A DNA stretch of 39,985 nt from Promethearchaeota archaeon (GCA_029838195.1 JALGVJ010000032.1:1-39985); one strand, 5' to 3'. Numbered from the stretch's first letter, positions 19,223 through 30,082 are shown. A program made the numbers and translations. Notes: a model not told the origin generated them from the letters alone.

Positions 19223-20125
19223 TTGAATGGTTTAGAATCTCTGATTAAGCATTTGGATGAAATGGGAAAAACTGAAGCAATTCAAAGACTCCATAATTTA
19301 TATTCGCTGACAGATGATAAGGAGACCCGGGTTAAGATCCTGGGGCTTCTTAACCGGCTACATGATACCACTCATTATGAAGAAATAGAAAATTATTTCG
19401 TTTCTGACGAAGATCCGGATGTTAGGATTGAAGCAGCAAAGTTATTAGCCTTCAATTATGAGGGGAAAACCGCTTTAGCTCCTTTATTATGGGTGCTAAA
19501 AAATGAAAGAAAGCTCGAAATAAGACGAGCAGCATTAAGATTATTGGTTCCATTGGCAAGGAAAAAAGAATATGAAGCGACCATCATTACTGTCTTAAAA
19601 GAAGCATTAAAAAGTGAAGATAAGAAAATTCAAATGGATGCTGCGGAATCATTAGGAATTTTGGAAGAACCTTCTGCTACAGAAAATTTATTGGAAGTTT
19701 TGAAAACCGGGAAAGATAAAAATGTCAGGATCAAGGTTATTCAAGCCTTAATCTCACTAAAAGCTAAAAAAGCCATCCCCCATTTGTTAAATAATCTAAA
19801 ATTAGAAAGTTTAGATGAATGGGAATTTACATTTAATGCATTGCTTCAATTAACCTCTAAGAATAAATTACATGAATTATTGCTTCAAAAACTTGAGAGG
19901 TTAAAGGAAAAAAAAGATGAAGTAGATTTAAATGAGAAAAAACAAGGTATTGCTCGGGCTTTGGGACATTTAGGCAATAAAGAATCCGTCCCTTTCTTAC
20001 TGGACTTGCTAAAAGATTATCATGAGTGGGTAAGAGAAGAAGTTCTTCAGGCACTAGACAAAATTGACCCCCAATGGAAAAAAAATTATCGAACAGAACT
20101 GAAAAAAAGAAAAATTTATCCATGA
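19223..20125 (+). CDS. HEAT-repeat (PBS lyase-like) protein
   Basis: Repeats DEDPDVRIEAAKLL, IRRAALRLL, IQMDAAESLG, VRIKVIQAL, ARALGHLG, WVREEVLQALDKI. Confidence 0.85.
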   Translation: MNGLESLIKHLDEMGKTEAIQRLHNLYSLTDDKETRVKILGLLNRLHDTTHYEEIENYFVSDEDPDVRIEAAKLLAFNYEGKTALAPLLWVLKNERKLEIRRAALRLLVPLARKKEYEATIITVLKEALKSEDKKIQMDAAESLGILEEPSATENLLEVLKTGKDKNVRIKVIQALISLKAKKAIPHLLNNLKLESLDEWEFTFNALLQLTSKNKLHELLLQKLERLKEKKDEVDLNEKKQGIARALGHLGNKESVPFLLDLLKDYHEWVREEVLQALDKIDPQWKKNYRTELKKRKIYP

Positions 20126-20362
20126 ATCATGCCTCATGTCAACTAAAAAAATAATTTTCCTTTAATCTTAATTTTGAATTCTGAAAAATGAGAAACTATC
20201 TTTTTCATCAAGAATTATCGGATTTCTATTCGCAAGTGCCATTTATTTACTAAAAGAATTAAGTTTAAATCCCTAATTTTTCCTTATATTATTAAAGAAT
20301 AATAAATAATTTTTTTTTTTAAACACCATTACCATAACTTGTTTAAATGACCTTATAGAAAA

Positions 20363-20821
20363 ATGATTGATAAAGAAAATTGTTGGACTTGCCAGCTGGA
20401 TTGGTTAAATATCGTCCGATTGTTAGGACTCGAAACTATGGACCAAATTCCGGAAGAAAAAAGAGAAAAAGCCATAAAACGAGTTGCTAAAGAATATTCA
20501 ACAGAAGTCTTGTTAAGCTTAGACCCTTCCGAATTAGATCAATTAGTCGCAAATGAATTAACCGACTTGATGAGAAAGGAACTCGACCAAAAAAGAAAAG
20601 AACTCGAAAGATTGGAAAAAAAATACAGCGAAAAAGTCATTCCTTTAAAGCGAGGAGGAATCATCCGTATTGACCCGAATGATTTGAGAAACTTCGACGG
20701 AGATATAGAAAAATTCATGAGAAGCATTTATAAGAAATTTCTTAACAATAAGGACAAGGATGATGAAAACGATGATGATGACGATTACTTCCGAGAGGAT
20801 AATACCGGCTATTATATTTAA
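20363..20821 (+). CDS. Hypothetical protein with N-terminal CxxC and acidic C-terminal tail
   Basis: 152-aa ORF; CWTC, central coiled coil, DKDDENDDDDDY tail ending GYYI. Confidence 0.75.
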   Translation: MIDKENCWTCQLDWLNIVRLLGLETMDQIPEEKREKAIKRVAKEYSTEVLLSLDPSELDQLVANELTDLMRKELDQKRKELERLEKKYSEKVIPLKRGGIIRIDPNDLRNFDGDIEKFMRSIYKKFLNNKDKDDENDDDDDYFREDNTGYYI

Positions 20822-20923
20822 ATATTAAAAAAAATTTATTTATTCTTGTTTTAATTTTCACTTGACCAAGATGCTCAAGGGAAAAAGTAAAGAAAAAAAA
20901 TACTTCTTGTTGTTAGGTTTTAA

Positions 20924-22534
20924 TTAGAGGATTTTGGCTCTAAGATATTTAATTTCAATCTTTAATGATCTTTTATATAGTACAAAGAATAACAAGTAGG
21001 TTCCTGTAGACCACGCTATCCACGAAATTATCTGGAAATAATTCAAATTAATTAGATATTCCAAGAAATTTTCAAGTACAACCCCTCCCATATCATTGAC
21101 GATATCAGGGAACTTGACCTTTCTCGGATACAGCTCAATGGCAATTACTTCATGGGTATTTCTCCGTAAATTCTTGAAAATATTATCAAGTGATTTATCT
21201 TCAGGATTAGTCAATTTTATTTTAATAACCGTCGTCAGATCCTCATTAATATGAGTATCCGACCCCCCAATGCAAATTAATCCATTTTTAAGGCAAAAAT
21301 CTCTAATTTCTTCCTCTTGAACACTCGGACCATTCACTATTTCGAATCCATCCACGCCCCAATCCCGAAGTTGTTCGTAAGTATAAGGTACGCCAAGTCC
21401 TCCTTCCTTCTCGTTCCATTTGCTATTATAATGATTTACCGTGACATATCCCCCTTTCTTTTTCACGTATTTTATCATATCAGACGCATTTAAGGCTAAA
21501 GGCCCTCCATCGACTTGCGATTCCAAGGGAACGATATCTTCTTCGATCCCGTAGATATTCATGTGAATGTCATTTTCATGATCCGTCCATTCTTGAGCAA
21601 TCCATACCACGAAATCCAGATTATTCTTTTGAACATAATTCCTTGCAATGGTTGCTCCTCGAATATTATCATGATCTGAAAATGCAGCTCCTGAAATACC
21701 ATGGGCTACATACCATTGAACCCTTTCTTCGGGAGTGGCCCAACCGTCTGACATGATGGTGTGCACGTGAAAATCGAATAAGAATTCATCTTCTTCTAAT
21801 TCCGTTGTAATCACGTGCGTGGGATAAATAGTATACATTAGAAGCATGTGAGCCTCTAAGACAAGCAACATGGTACCAAATAAATAAACAGACTCTCTTC
21901 GAACAAATCTCCAATGGTAAGTAAGTTGAACCCTGCTTTTGGGGCGTTGGTATCTCTTTTTATTAGAATATTTAAATTTTATATCATGGCGGAAGGTCTT
22001 GATTAACAACTGAAGAATTCTGCCCAAAAGAACTAAAAATCCCGCATGAATGGAGATGTAAATGATTTGATTCCAAAATCGATTCACGAAAAAAAATCCA
22101 TTATTAAAATTACCAATTCCTACAATGATCAAGATAGCAAGCATCATTATCCCAAGAATAATAAATGAAGATCTCATGAAATCTTTAAAAAGAAATGTTA
22201 AGAGCTGAAACCGTTCAGAAGGTTTTAGACCTCTCCGTTTTAATAGGAAGTAAGCGCTTCTAAATATGATGATAAAGATTACAATCCCTATAAGGTACTC
22301 AAAATGGGTTTCTAAGGAAAACATGAGACCATAGAAGGGTTCTACAAGATATCTATTCCATGGTAACGTAGAAGTAAATTGATCGCTTACGTCTTGATTG
22401 TGCAATCCATCATGGAAAATTACCACTTTTTCCGTAAAAAAGGAGAGAACAAGTAGAAATCCGAGCCAGAGTAAAAATAAAAAACTAATCAAGTAAAAGA
22501 ACGTGTTCTCTTTTATTTTGTGATGAGCACGCAT
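20924..22534 (-). CDS. Membrane-anchored PHP-domain metallo-phosphoesterase
   Basis: DFHVHTIMSDG, FSDHD, AQEW, VNH, GGSDTH PHP motifs; about 5 N-terminal and 1 C-terminal TM helices. Confidence 0.8.
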   Translation of the reverse strand: MRAHHKIKENTFFYLISFLFLLWLGFLLVLSFFTEKVVIFHDGLHNQDVSDQFTSTLPWNRYLVEPFYGLMFSLETHFEYLIGIVIFIIIFRSAYFLLKRRGLKPSERFQLLTFLFKDFMRSSFIILGIMMLAILIIVGIGNFNNGFFFVNRFWNQIIYISIHAGFLVLLGRILQLLIKTFRHDIKFKYSNKKRYQRPKSRVQLTYHWRFVRRESVYLFGTMLLVLEAHMLLMYTIYPTHVITTELEEDEFLFDFHVHTIMSDGWATPEERVQWYVAHGISGAAFSDHDNIRGATIARNYVQKNNLDFVVWIAQEWTDHENDIHMNIYGIEEDIVPLESQVDGGPLALNASDMIKYVKKKGGYVTVNHYNSKWNEKEGGLGVPYTYEQLRDWGVDGFEIVNGPSVQEEEIRDFCLKNGLICIGGSDTHINEDLTTVIKIKLTNPEDKSLDNIFKNLRRNTHEVIAIELYPRKVKFPDIVNDMGGVVLENFLEYLINLNYFQIISWIAWSTGTYLLFFVLYKRSLKIEIKYLRAKIL

Positions 22535-22639
22535 GATATAATATCGTTCTTTTTAAATTTAAATTTTCTCTTTTAGGTGGATAATAGAATTGGAAAATAA
22601 AAAAAGCAGTCCTATTCGTGCGAAATCCATGGTTCCTTT

Positions 22640-24025
22640 CTAAATTTGAGAGGAAGAATCGCGTTGCTGTTCATATTTCAGTTTTTTTTTAACGTGTAAT
22701 TCTTTTAAATCTCGGCGCAATTGTTCATATTTTTCTCCATAATAGGGGAAGAGATAAATGAAAATTAAGCTAATGGCGTGGATGATGGAGGGTACCACGA
22801 ATAAGAGCAATTTTATTCCTATAATGGCTGTTGCTTTTTGGACTGTAGAACCGGTTATAAACCCAAAAGCTAAAAGAACGTAAGTGGCAATGATGGGACC
22901 AATGCTGTCTGCGGGTTTAAAAATAAGAGAACTCGTGCCTTGAAAAATGCTTTCTCTTCTGGATCCATGCTTTAATTCGTCTTCATCAATAGCAACTGTT
23001 AATAACGCAAAATCAAATACCCCGAAACCGCTAAAAAGCGAGGTAACTGCCAAGCAGATCCAAATTATTGCCGTCATGTTCGTGTTCAAAACAATAAAAA
23101 AACTCACGATACTGGAGCAAATTAATAACGATTTAAAAGTTAAGATCGTCTTTCGCATTCCCCATTTCGGTTCCATTCTCATGCAGATTGCTTGAGAGAA
23201 AAAGCCTATTCCCATTGTAATTAATAAATAATAAAAGGAAATAAATGGCCCGCTCCCTAGAATGAGGATATACGCAAATACAAAAGAAAACCCCATTGCT
23301 CTTGCGATGTTTCCAAAAAAAATATAAGCTGTCCTCGTTAGAAAAGCACGTGATTTTAATATATCTTTCATCGCTTCAATTATCGTGTATTTATGTTCTA
23401 ATCTTAACTCTGGTCTCTCATGGAGATTTTTTACCGCAATAATGTATAAAATGATGCAAATGATGGCAATAAATCCGTTAAATATTTGAAATGCTTGAAG
23501 GCTTATATCAAAAATTGATTGAGCAAAAATCACCGGAATTCCTGCGACGGCCATGGCAATGTTTGAATAAAATGAAAGCTTATACCTCATTTCCATGTTA
23601 TCAGACATTTCAGACATTAACGACATGTAGAGACCTATAATCAGCGAGAGAAACGTGTCAAAGATGCAAATGCTTATAACAAAATGGAGAAAGATGATGA
23701 TTTGATTATCATAGCTCCAAGGAAACCAGATAAAAAAGAAAAATATGGCCCATAAAGGTCCAAACCATTTAATGTAAATCAATCTTCGGGAGCCCCATTT
23801 ATCCACATCCGTATGATCGCTGATATTTCCCGTGATCGGGTCATTTATAGCATTGACCGTGGCATAAATTATCTGACCAATGACGAACAAGGATTGTTTA
23901 AGGCCGAGATAATTCCAGAAGAAGTTAACATACATGAGAAGGAAGATACCAGCCAATAAGGTGTTAGCAATGGATCCTACGGCATATATGAACATCGTTT
24001 TTCTTGGTAATTTATTATATTCCAT
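22640..24025 (-). CDS. MFS transporter, GPH/MelB (MFS_2) family
   Basis: NAINDPITGNISD...KWGSRR, IDEDELKHGSRRESIFQG. Confidence 0.88.
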   Translation of the reverse strand: MEYNKLPRKTMFIYAVGSIANTLLAGIFLLMYVNFFWNYLGLKQSLFVIGQIIYATVNAINDPITGNISDHTDVDKWGSRRLIYIKWFGPLWAIFFFFIWFPWSYDNQIIIFLHFVISICIFDTFLSLIIGLYMSLMSEMSDNMEMRYKLSFYSNIAMAVAGIPVIFAQSIFDISLQAFQIFNGFIAIICIILYIIAVKNLHERPELRLEHKYTIIEAMKDILKSRAFLTRTAYIFFGNIARAMGFSFVFAYILILGSGPFISFYYLLITMGIGFFSQAICMRMEPKWGMRKTILTFKSLLICSSIVSFFIVLNTNMTAIIWICLAVTSLFSGFGVFDFALLTVAIDEDELKHGSRRESIFQGTSSLIFKPADSIGPIIATYVLLAFGFITGSTVQKATAIIGIKLLLFVVPSIIHAISLIFIYLFPYYGEKYEQLRRDLKELHVKKKLKYEQQRDSSSQI

Positions 24026-24289
24026 GATGATTATTCTCTGAGTGGTATTTACTTATTTTTAAGATAATATTTTTATATTAATTATTTTGCTCTAATTCTT
24101 TTAAAACCTTTCTCTTTTAAGAATTTCAAATCGGTGTTTTTTCGTGCTGGGGGAAAAAATGATGAATGTTCTCTCCAGTATTTAAAGAAGTAAAGGAATT
24201 TTCTTCAAAATGTCGTAAACTAATTAAAACATGAAGTATTTGCATATCTAATCTCTCAAAGATATTCATTATTCATTACCTTTCATGAA

Positions 24290-25621
24290 TTGATGATCGT
24301 GGAACATGAACGGTGGTTAAAAAGAAAAGATTTGGAATATAAAAGTGATTTTTTACATTTTGCTGGCATGAATCTCTTTGAACTTGCCAAGAAACATGGC
24401 ACGCCTCTTTATGTTATCAGCGAAGACATCATTCGACAGCGGTATAGAGAATTAAAAAAAGTGCTTAATAGCGAATATGAAAATAATGATATTCATTTTG
24501 CCGTCAAAGCCAATTCAAGTTTAACCGTCTTGAAAATCCTGCAATCAGAGGGAGCTAATTTTGATTGCACCTCACGAGGCGAGATTTTTACATGTCTAGC
24601 TGCGGGAATTTCCCCGGAACAAATAATTTACACGGGCAACATGTTTACCAACGAAGATTTCGAATATGCGATAAAAAATAAAATCATGGTAAATTTAGAT
24701 AGCATTAGTCAATTGAAACGACTTATTGAAACTTACAAGCGATTAAATATTCCTTCTTCCGAATATAAACCCATTTCTTTTCGGATTAATCCTGAATTTG
24801 GAGCCGGGCACCATCCTCACACCATCACTGCCGGAAAGCACGTGAAATTTGGTATCTTAGAAGAGCAAGTAGTAGAAGCCTATACAAGAGCTAAAAATTC
24901 GGGATTTAGCAAGTTTGGCATTCACATGCATATTGGTTCGGGAATCATTAATTATAAAGACTACGAGCAACCCATGATTAAATTCCTTTCCATTATACGA
25001 AATTTGCGGGAAAAATTAGATATTTCTTTCGAATTTATTGATTTTGGGGGAGGATTGGGGATTCCTTACCGTCCTGAAGAGGAACCTTTAGATTTAGAAG
25101 GATATAAAAATATCGTGCTCAGGCCCTTTAAAGAATTTGTCTTATCCACTTCCATGGGAAGTGTAAATTTTAAAATAGAACCCGGTCGGTATTTATCGGC
25201 AGAATCGGGCGTGCTCCTCACTCAAATCAATACCATTAAGAATAATGGATACAAATTATTTGCGGGCGTAGATGCTGGGTTTAATACCTTGATTCGCCCT
25301 ACTATGTATGGCTCATACCACCACATCATCCCTTGCAAGCTCTCCAAAGAGAAAAATGAACTGGTCTATGATATAGCAGGTCCCATTTGCGAATCGGGGG
25401 ATATCTTGGGAAAAGAAAGAAAGCTACCTGAACTCTCTGAAAATGATTACTTGGCTATAATGGATGCAGGTGCCTATGGATATGTCATGAGCAGTCAATA
25501 TAATTCGCGACCCAGGCCAGCTGAGGTGTTGCTAACTCAAGGGAAAGATGTTCTCATTCGAAAACCGGAAACCCATGATGATTTGATAAAAAATCAACTC
25601 ATTCCGGACCATCTTAAGTGA
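24290..25621 (+). CDS. lysA: Diaminopimelate decarboxylase
   Basis: GTPLYV, FAVKAN (PLP lysine), RINP, KFG, HMHIGS, DFGGG, EPGRY, GPICESGD, GAYG...SQYNSRPRP. Confidence 0.95.
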   Translation: MMIVEHERWLKRKDLEYKSDFLHFAGMNLFELAKKHGTPLYVISEDIIRQRYRELKKVLNSEYENNDIHFAVKANSSLTVLKILQSEGANFDCTSRGEIFTCLAAGISPEQIIYTGNMFTNEDFEYAIKNKIMVNLDSISQLKRLIETYKRLNIPSSEYKPISFRINPEFGAGHHPHTITAGKHVKFGILEEQVVEAYTRAKNSGFSKFGIHMHIGSGIINYKDYEQPMIKFLSIIRNLREKLDISFEFIDFGGGLGIPYRPEEEPLDLEGYKNIVLRPFKEFVLSTSMGSVNFKIEPGRYLSAESGVLLTQINTIKNNGYKLFAGVDAGFNTLIRPTMYGSYHHIIPCKLSKEKNELVYDIAGPICESGDILGKERKLPELSENDYLAIMDAGAYGYVMSSQYNSRPRPAEVLLTQGKDVLIRKPETHDDLIKNQLIPDHLK

Positions 25622-25783
25622 AGTACCTTGTTTTTATCTTCTTTTAACCACTTTTTTCTCAAAATCACTATTGAAAAGGCAGAAAATTTTCTCTTGCAAG
25701 GGTTAACGTTACCGTGAATTGCGTGAACCAATCAAAAACAGAATAAGGTAAGAAAATAAAAAATTAAAAAGGAATGTTTTTTT

Positions 25784-27193
25784 TTATTTTTTCTTTTTTT
25801 TAGGTTCGAGTTTTTTAATGATGATTGCTTCTGCATGAATTTTACAATTTTTCAAGATAATCTTGAAACCCCCCATTCCCCCAGCTCCGGGTATGGTTAA
25901 GGCTTGCGTCCCTATGGGAATCATAGCACCCGCCTCTTCCGCATATGCTTCTTCTTCCTCTTCTTCTTCGACTTCCTCTTTCCATGTTTTTACGATGGGG
26001 TGATCGTGTTCGATTAACCATTGTTTTAATTCACTCAGTTCAGCAACCTCTTCTTGCGTGGCAATCTTGTCTCTTATATCTTCTGGTAAGAAATCATAAA
26101 CGCGTTCCTTTACTGATTTGCCCATCCAAACAACGGTAGAGATTCCACCGTCATATTGCTGATACTTAGGCGAGATGATATATTGGATGCTTATGCCATT
26201 AAATCCCGGCATCTGTTTTCCCCCTCCGGTTTGGTTTGCCATGGCACTGAAAGGCAAACCATTAATTGCAACGCCTTCATGACTTCTATCGATGATTCCG
26301 TGTCCGTTTACTTCCGGAATGTAAAAATCAATAGCTTCGAAGCAGCCGCAAGAGGTATGCGGATATTCCATTCCCGAGTACAGATATACTCTGCTTAACT
26401 CTCCAAGAGAACGTTTTTTCATGGTTTCATTAATGCCGGTGTATTCTCCTGCTAATTTATTTAAACATTCTCCGGGAGGAATTTCAAAAATGGGTCCTTT
26501 AGGGTCGACCTTAGCAGCGGCTCGTGCATCGAACCAATTGATAGAGCCACAGAGCGAAGTACGGTCGGGGGTAATGCAACACACGTGCGTGGGAGCAAAA
26601 GATTGACAAAGCACGCAGCCATAAAACATGTCTACATCTTCATCGTGTAATCCTAGGGCTCTCTCATCTCTTTTGGAATAGGTTTCCATGGCCATTTCAT
26701 AAGGCTTTTCAATCTCTTTCTCATCCGTGATGATCGTGACTTGTGCCTGTTCTATAATCGGAAGTTCTGCTTTAAAGAGCCTGATTAATACTTGTCCAAG
26801 CATTTTAAAGGAATTAAAACCTTTTGCTACGGCCGTTTTGGAAATGCGCATCCAATTGGTATATCGCTGGTTTAAATGCATGACTCCATTAATAAAATTG
26901 CAAAACTCATGAATTCTTCTCTCAAATACTGCTTCTAAATCTTCTTCCAGTTGTTTTCCGGCAACTTCTACCAGAATACCAATGGGATATCGTGAGCCCT
27001 CTTCCATATCTTTGAGATCAGGTCCTTTCAGTATTACTTCTCCATCTTTTATCTGTTTAGCATCTCGAACCTTTACGAGCTCAAAATGTTTCTCTATTTT
27101 TGGTCCACCGAGCTCCACATACATTTGGTTTGCTCGAATTCTCTCTCCTTCGTATACAGGTCCAACATCCACAGGAATATCAGAAAAGCTCAT
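25784..27193 (-). CDS. cdhC: Acetyl-CoA decarbonylase/synthase complex beta subunit (acetyl-CoA synthase)
   Basis: YEGERIR, ERRIHEFCN, HLNQR, FYGCVLCQSFAPTHVC, HTSCGCFE A-cluster ligands, acidic linker; archaeal-type length without the bacterial N-terminal domain. Confidence 0.96.
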   Translation of the reverse strand: MSFSDIPVDVGPVYEGERIRANQMYVELGGPKIEKHFELVKVRDAKQIKDGEVILKGPDLKDMEEGSRYPIGILVEVAGKQLEEDLEAVFERRIHEFCNFINGVMHLNQRYTNWMRISKTAVAKGFNSFKMLGQVLIRLFKAELPIIEQAQVTIITDEKEIEKPYEMAMETYSKRDERALGLHDEDVDMFYGCVLCQSFAPTHVCCITPDRTSLCGSINWFDARAAAKVDPKGPIFEIPPGECLNKLAGEYTGINETMKKRSLGELSRVYLYSGMEYPHTSCGCFEAIDFYIPEVNGHGIIDRSHEGVAINGLPFSAMANQTGGGKQMPGFNGISIQYIISPKYQQYDGGISTVVWMGKSVKERVYDFLPEDIRDKIATQEEVAELSELKQWLIEHDHPIVKTWKEEVEEEEEEEAYAEEAGAMIPIGTQALTIPGAGGMGGFKIILKNCKIHAEAIIIKKLEPKKKKK

Positions 27194-27242
27194 TTTCTAA
27201 TTTAACTCTTTTAATTTTATTTTAACTTTATTAATTTTAACT

Positions 27243-27779
27243 TTATAATTTTTCGATTAATTTTTCTAAAAATTGTTTCCAATCCTCATTACTTAAATTA
27301 GGCAAGCTAAAACGAGCATTCGGATGGGAATACTTGTCTAAGTCTACAGTTTTCAGCCAATTCGTAAAATTCTTGAGCCTACTTAATGTTTGACTCACGT
27401 AGAATACTTGATGCCCACCAAAAATAGCCATTCTATATTGACCTTCGCCATCTAATCCCTGCCAATTCTTATCCGATAACCGATTGGTGATGTTAATTAA
27501 AGACATGTCAAATAACTTCTCTTCCGGAATTTTCTCTTTTAAATACTTATATGAATGCCCCGTCGATATCACGTGACAATCTAATTTATTCGCAATTTCT
27601 GCAAAATATTCAATGACTTGCTTGCCATCCAGCGTGAAATTCTTACTTAATGCTTCCGAACCAATGACGAAAACTTTTTTTATCGGTGCTTTTAATATAT
27701 TTGCCATAACTGCGGGATCATGAACTGAGGTACCCATTTCAGGGCCCGGGATGTTAGCTTTCTGGTATGGTCTAGCCAT
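27243..27779 (-). CDS. cdhB: Acetyl-CoA decarbonylase/synthase complex epsilon subunit
   Basis: ANIPGP, WQGLDGEGQY, YVSQTLSRLKNF, HPNARFSLPNL; directly upstream of cdhC. Confidence 0.9.
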   Translation of the reverse strand: MARPYQKANIPGPEMGTSVHDPAVMANILKAPIKKVFVIGSEALSKNFTLDGKQVIEYFAEIANKLDCHVISTGHSYKYLKEKIPEEKLFDMSLINITNRLSDKNWQGLDGEGQYRMAIFGGHQVFYVSQTLSRLKNFTNWLKTVDLDKYSHPNARFSLPNLSNEDWKQFLEKLIEKL

Positions 27780-28140
27780 ATTGTTTTCCTCTGTAATTTA
27801 TATTTTAAATTCTTTTAATTGTTATAATTTAGTCTATTAATAATAGCTTAAAAATTTTAGAATTTCTTTAGTAAAGTTCCTATAATATAATTAAAAATTT
27901 TTGTTGCGATGATTTAGAAAAAATTCTAAAGGGTATAATAGTGAATCGTGATAAAATTTAAAAAATCATGTTTTTATTAAAATTAACGTCAATCAAACGC
28001 AACTCCTTTTTTATTATTATAACACGACTTTTCTTGTAATTAATTGAAATAAACCACTTTGATAAAATTGAAAAATATTTTAAGGAGGATGATTTTTTCG
28101 GACATAAAAAACATAAATATTATACCAAAGGGAATAAAAA

Positions 28141-28440
28141 ATGTGTGAATTTAAAGTATTCAATAAGGAAAATAAAGATCAAATTGCAGAAGATGTGGTC
28201 ATTGTAGAATATACCAAAAAGAATGTATTAATTTTAAAAGATGTTCTTGGAATCCCAAAGAAAATGGATTCCGCGCTCATCCGAAGCGTGAACACGCTAA
28301 ATCAAACACTAATCATCCAACAAGATCCTCTCATTCAAGATTTTTTAAACCTGTTAGATAAAAAAAATGCTAGCACCCTTAAAAAAGAGGATATTGAAAC
28401 TTTTCAAGAAAAGCTTGAAAATTTAAAATCCCATATTTAA
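28141..28440 (+). CDS. cooT: CooT-family nickel chaperone
   Basis: N-terminal MC (Cys2), IAEDVV...LKDVLG...IRSVN pattern; divergent from cdhBC. Confidence 0.7.
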   Translation: MCEFKVFNKENKDQIAEDVVIVEYTKKNVLILKDVLGIPKKMDSALIRSVNTLNQTLIIQQDPLIQDFLNLLDKKNASTLKKEDIETFQEKLENLKSHI

Positions 28441-28580
28441 ATTTAGTTATAATGATAATTTTCCAAAAGGTAATTCTCCCCCTCGTTAAACAAATTCTTG
28501 TAAACCCAACGGAAAAATTGTTCATTTAGGGATGAATCAAATGCTAAAACAAAGAAAATGTTTCAACATAAAATATAAAT

Positions 28581-28609
28581 AAAAAAAAAACGCGGAAGGT
28601 CTCCCTTTC
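28581..28609 (-). terminator. Putative terminator downstream of alba
   Basis: Minus strand reads GAAAGG-GAGA-CCTTCC (short stem, GNRA loop), then GCG and T10. Confidence 0.4.
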
Positions 28610-28678
28610 TTGCCCAAGTATTTTAGTTTTTCTCTTTTTCTTAAGCTTGCGACACGTTCAATTCAAATTGTCCTTTCT

Positions 28679-28966
28679 TTACTTTTCTTCTGGAGGCAGA
28701 ATTTCAATTTCAATGGCACTAACGTTTGATTTGGTTCCGTCCTCATTTTCGATTTCTTCCGTCCCGATTTTAATCTCTCCATATCTTGAACCGGGTGCGA
28801 AGGTTCTTATGAGAATTTCTGCCACATCCACAGCTCGGGTGATGGATCTTCCTCGTGCTAGCAGCCTACAAGGCTTGCCTGCTCCAAGATTGACCATCGC
28901 AGCGAGTACATAGCTCATGGATTTTTTTCTGCCAATAAATACTTTCGAATCATCTTTTTCTCCCAT
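28679..28966 (-). CDS. albA: DNA/RNA-binding chromatin protein Alba
   Basis: VFIGRK..MSYVLA, LARGRSITRAVDVAE, IKIGTEE, NVSAIEIEI; AGGTGA upstream. Confidence 0.95.
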   Translation of the reverse strand: MGEKDDSKVFIGRKKSMSYVLAAMVNLGAGKPCRLLARGRSITRAVDVAEILIRTFAPGSRYGEIKIGTEEIENEDGTKSNVSAIEIEILPPEEK

Positions 28967-29206
28967 TCTCGATCACCTTTTTTTCCAATAATCGACTTAA
29001 TTCTCTGCTTTTTTATTTACAATTTTTTTCCGAGAAATAGTTTCTCTTCGTATCATTATTTATATAGATAATTATGATTAATAAACTAATCTCAAGATTT
29101 AAACATTATGATTGAAAGACACAAGTCATCATAGCAAGTCAAAGTTCAAAATCAGGGTTTAAATTCATTAAGAGCATTCAAGCCTCTTGGCCGTAAATAA
29201 GTAATA

Positions 29207-29992
29207 TCAAGATTTCAAGATTTTTTCCTTGAAGTTATTCAAGAAGTCTTCTCTATTTTTTGCCATTAACCAGTTTGTGAGAGCTTCTCTTTCAAATTCA
29301 TATGCTCGAGCGTAAGATTTATCAAGAAATTGATTGCTGCACAGTTTTATGAGATCGAGTACAAATTTATTTTTATTAGAGATAAACTTGGCTTTATTTA
29401 AAGCAGATTTCATCAAATCCTCTTTATTTTCGACCACCTCATCGATTAATCCGATTTGTAATGCTATTTCAGCAGGAATCTTTTCAGCAAACATTAATAT
29501 TCGTTTAGTCCACGGAATCCCTATGATTTTAGCCATGAGAGCCACGGTTCGTCCCCCAGGAAACACGGAAATTAGGATTTCGGGCATTTGAAAATAACTA
29601 TCTCTCACGGCGATGCGGTAATCTGTGCATAAAGAATAAGCCACACCATCCCCCATGGCCTTTCCATTTATCGCACAGATGGAAGGCTTTCCATTGAATA
29701 ACATGTCAGCTATGGATGCTGCGGTTCTTTCATAATCTAAGCCAGCTGCATGATCGCTAGGCTTTATGGAATTAATATCCATGCCTGTTGTAAAGCTTGA
29801 ACCTTTTCCCGTAAGAATGACACCCACAATGGAATCGGAAAGCTGACAAGTTTTCAAGACTTTTTCGAGATCTTTTAGCATGGGAAGAGTTAAAGCATTG
29901 GCTTTTTGCGGTCGATTGAAGGTAATCACGCCAAATTTTTTTTTAATTTCAAGTTTAACATGGTCTCCCACGTCTAAATTTTTTATCGACAT
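29207..29992 (-). CDS. Enoyl-CoA hydratase/isomerase (crotonase) family protein
   Basis: ITFNRPQKANAL, FTTGMD, AINGKAMG, FQMPE, ALQIGLIDEVV. Confidence 0.9.
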   Translation of the reverse strand: MSIKNLDVGDHVKLEIKKKFGVITFNRPQKANALTLPMLKDLEKVLKTCQLSDSIVGVILTGKGSSFTTGMDINSIKPSDHAAGLDYERTAASIADMLFNGKPSICAINGKAMGDGVAYSLCTDYRIAVRDSYFQMPEILISVFPGGRTVALMAKIIGIPWTKRILMFAEKIPAEIALQIGLIDEVVENKEDLMKSALNKAKFISNKNKFVLDLIKLCSNQFLDKSYARAYEFEREALTNWLMAKNREDFLNNFKEKILKS

Positions 29993-30082
29993 GAATTACA
30001 TAAAATTTGAAAAGCTTTATACATTTTCTTCCAGAAAATCAATCAGAGACGCGTTATAAAGTGAAGGAGGAAATAGTAAAAC

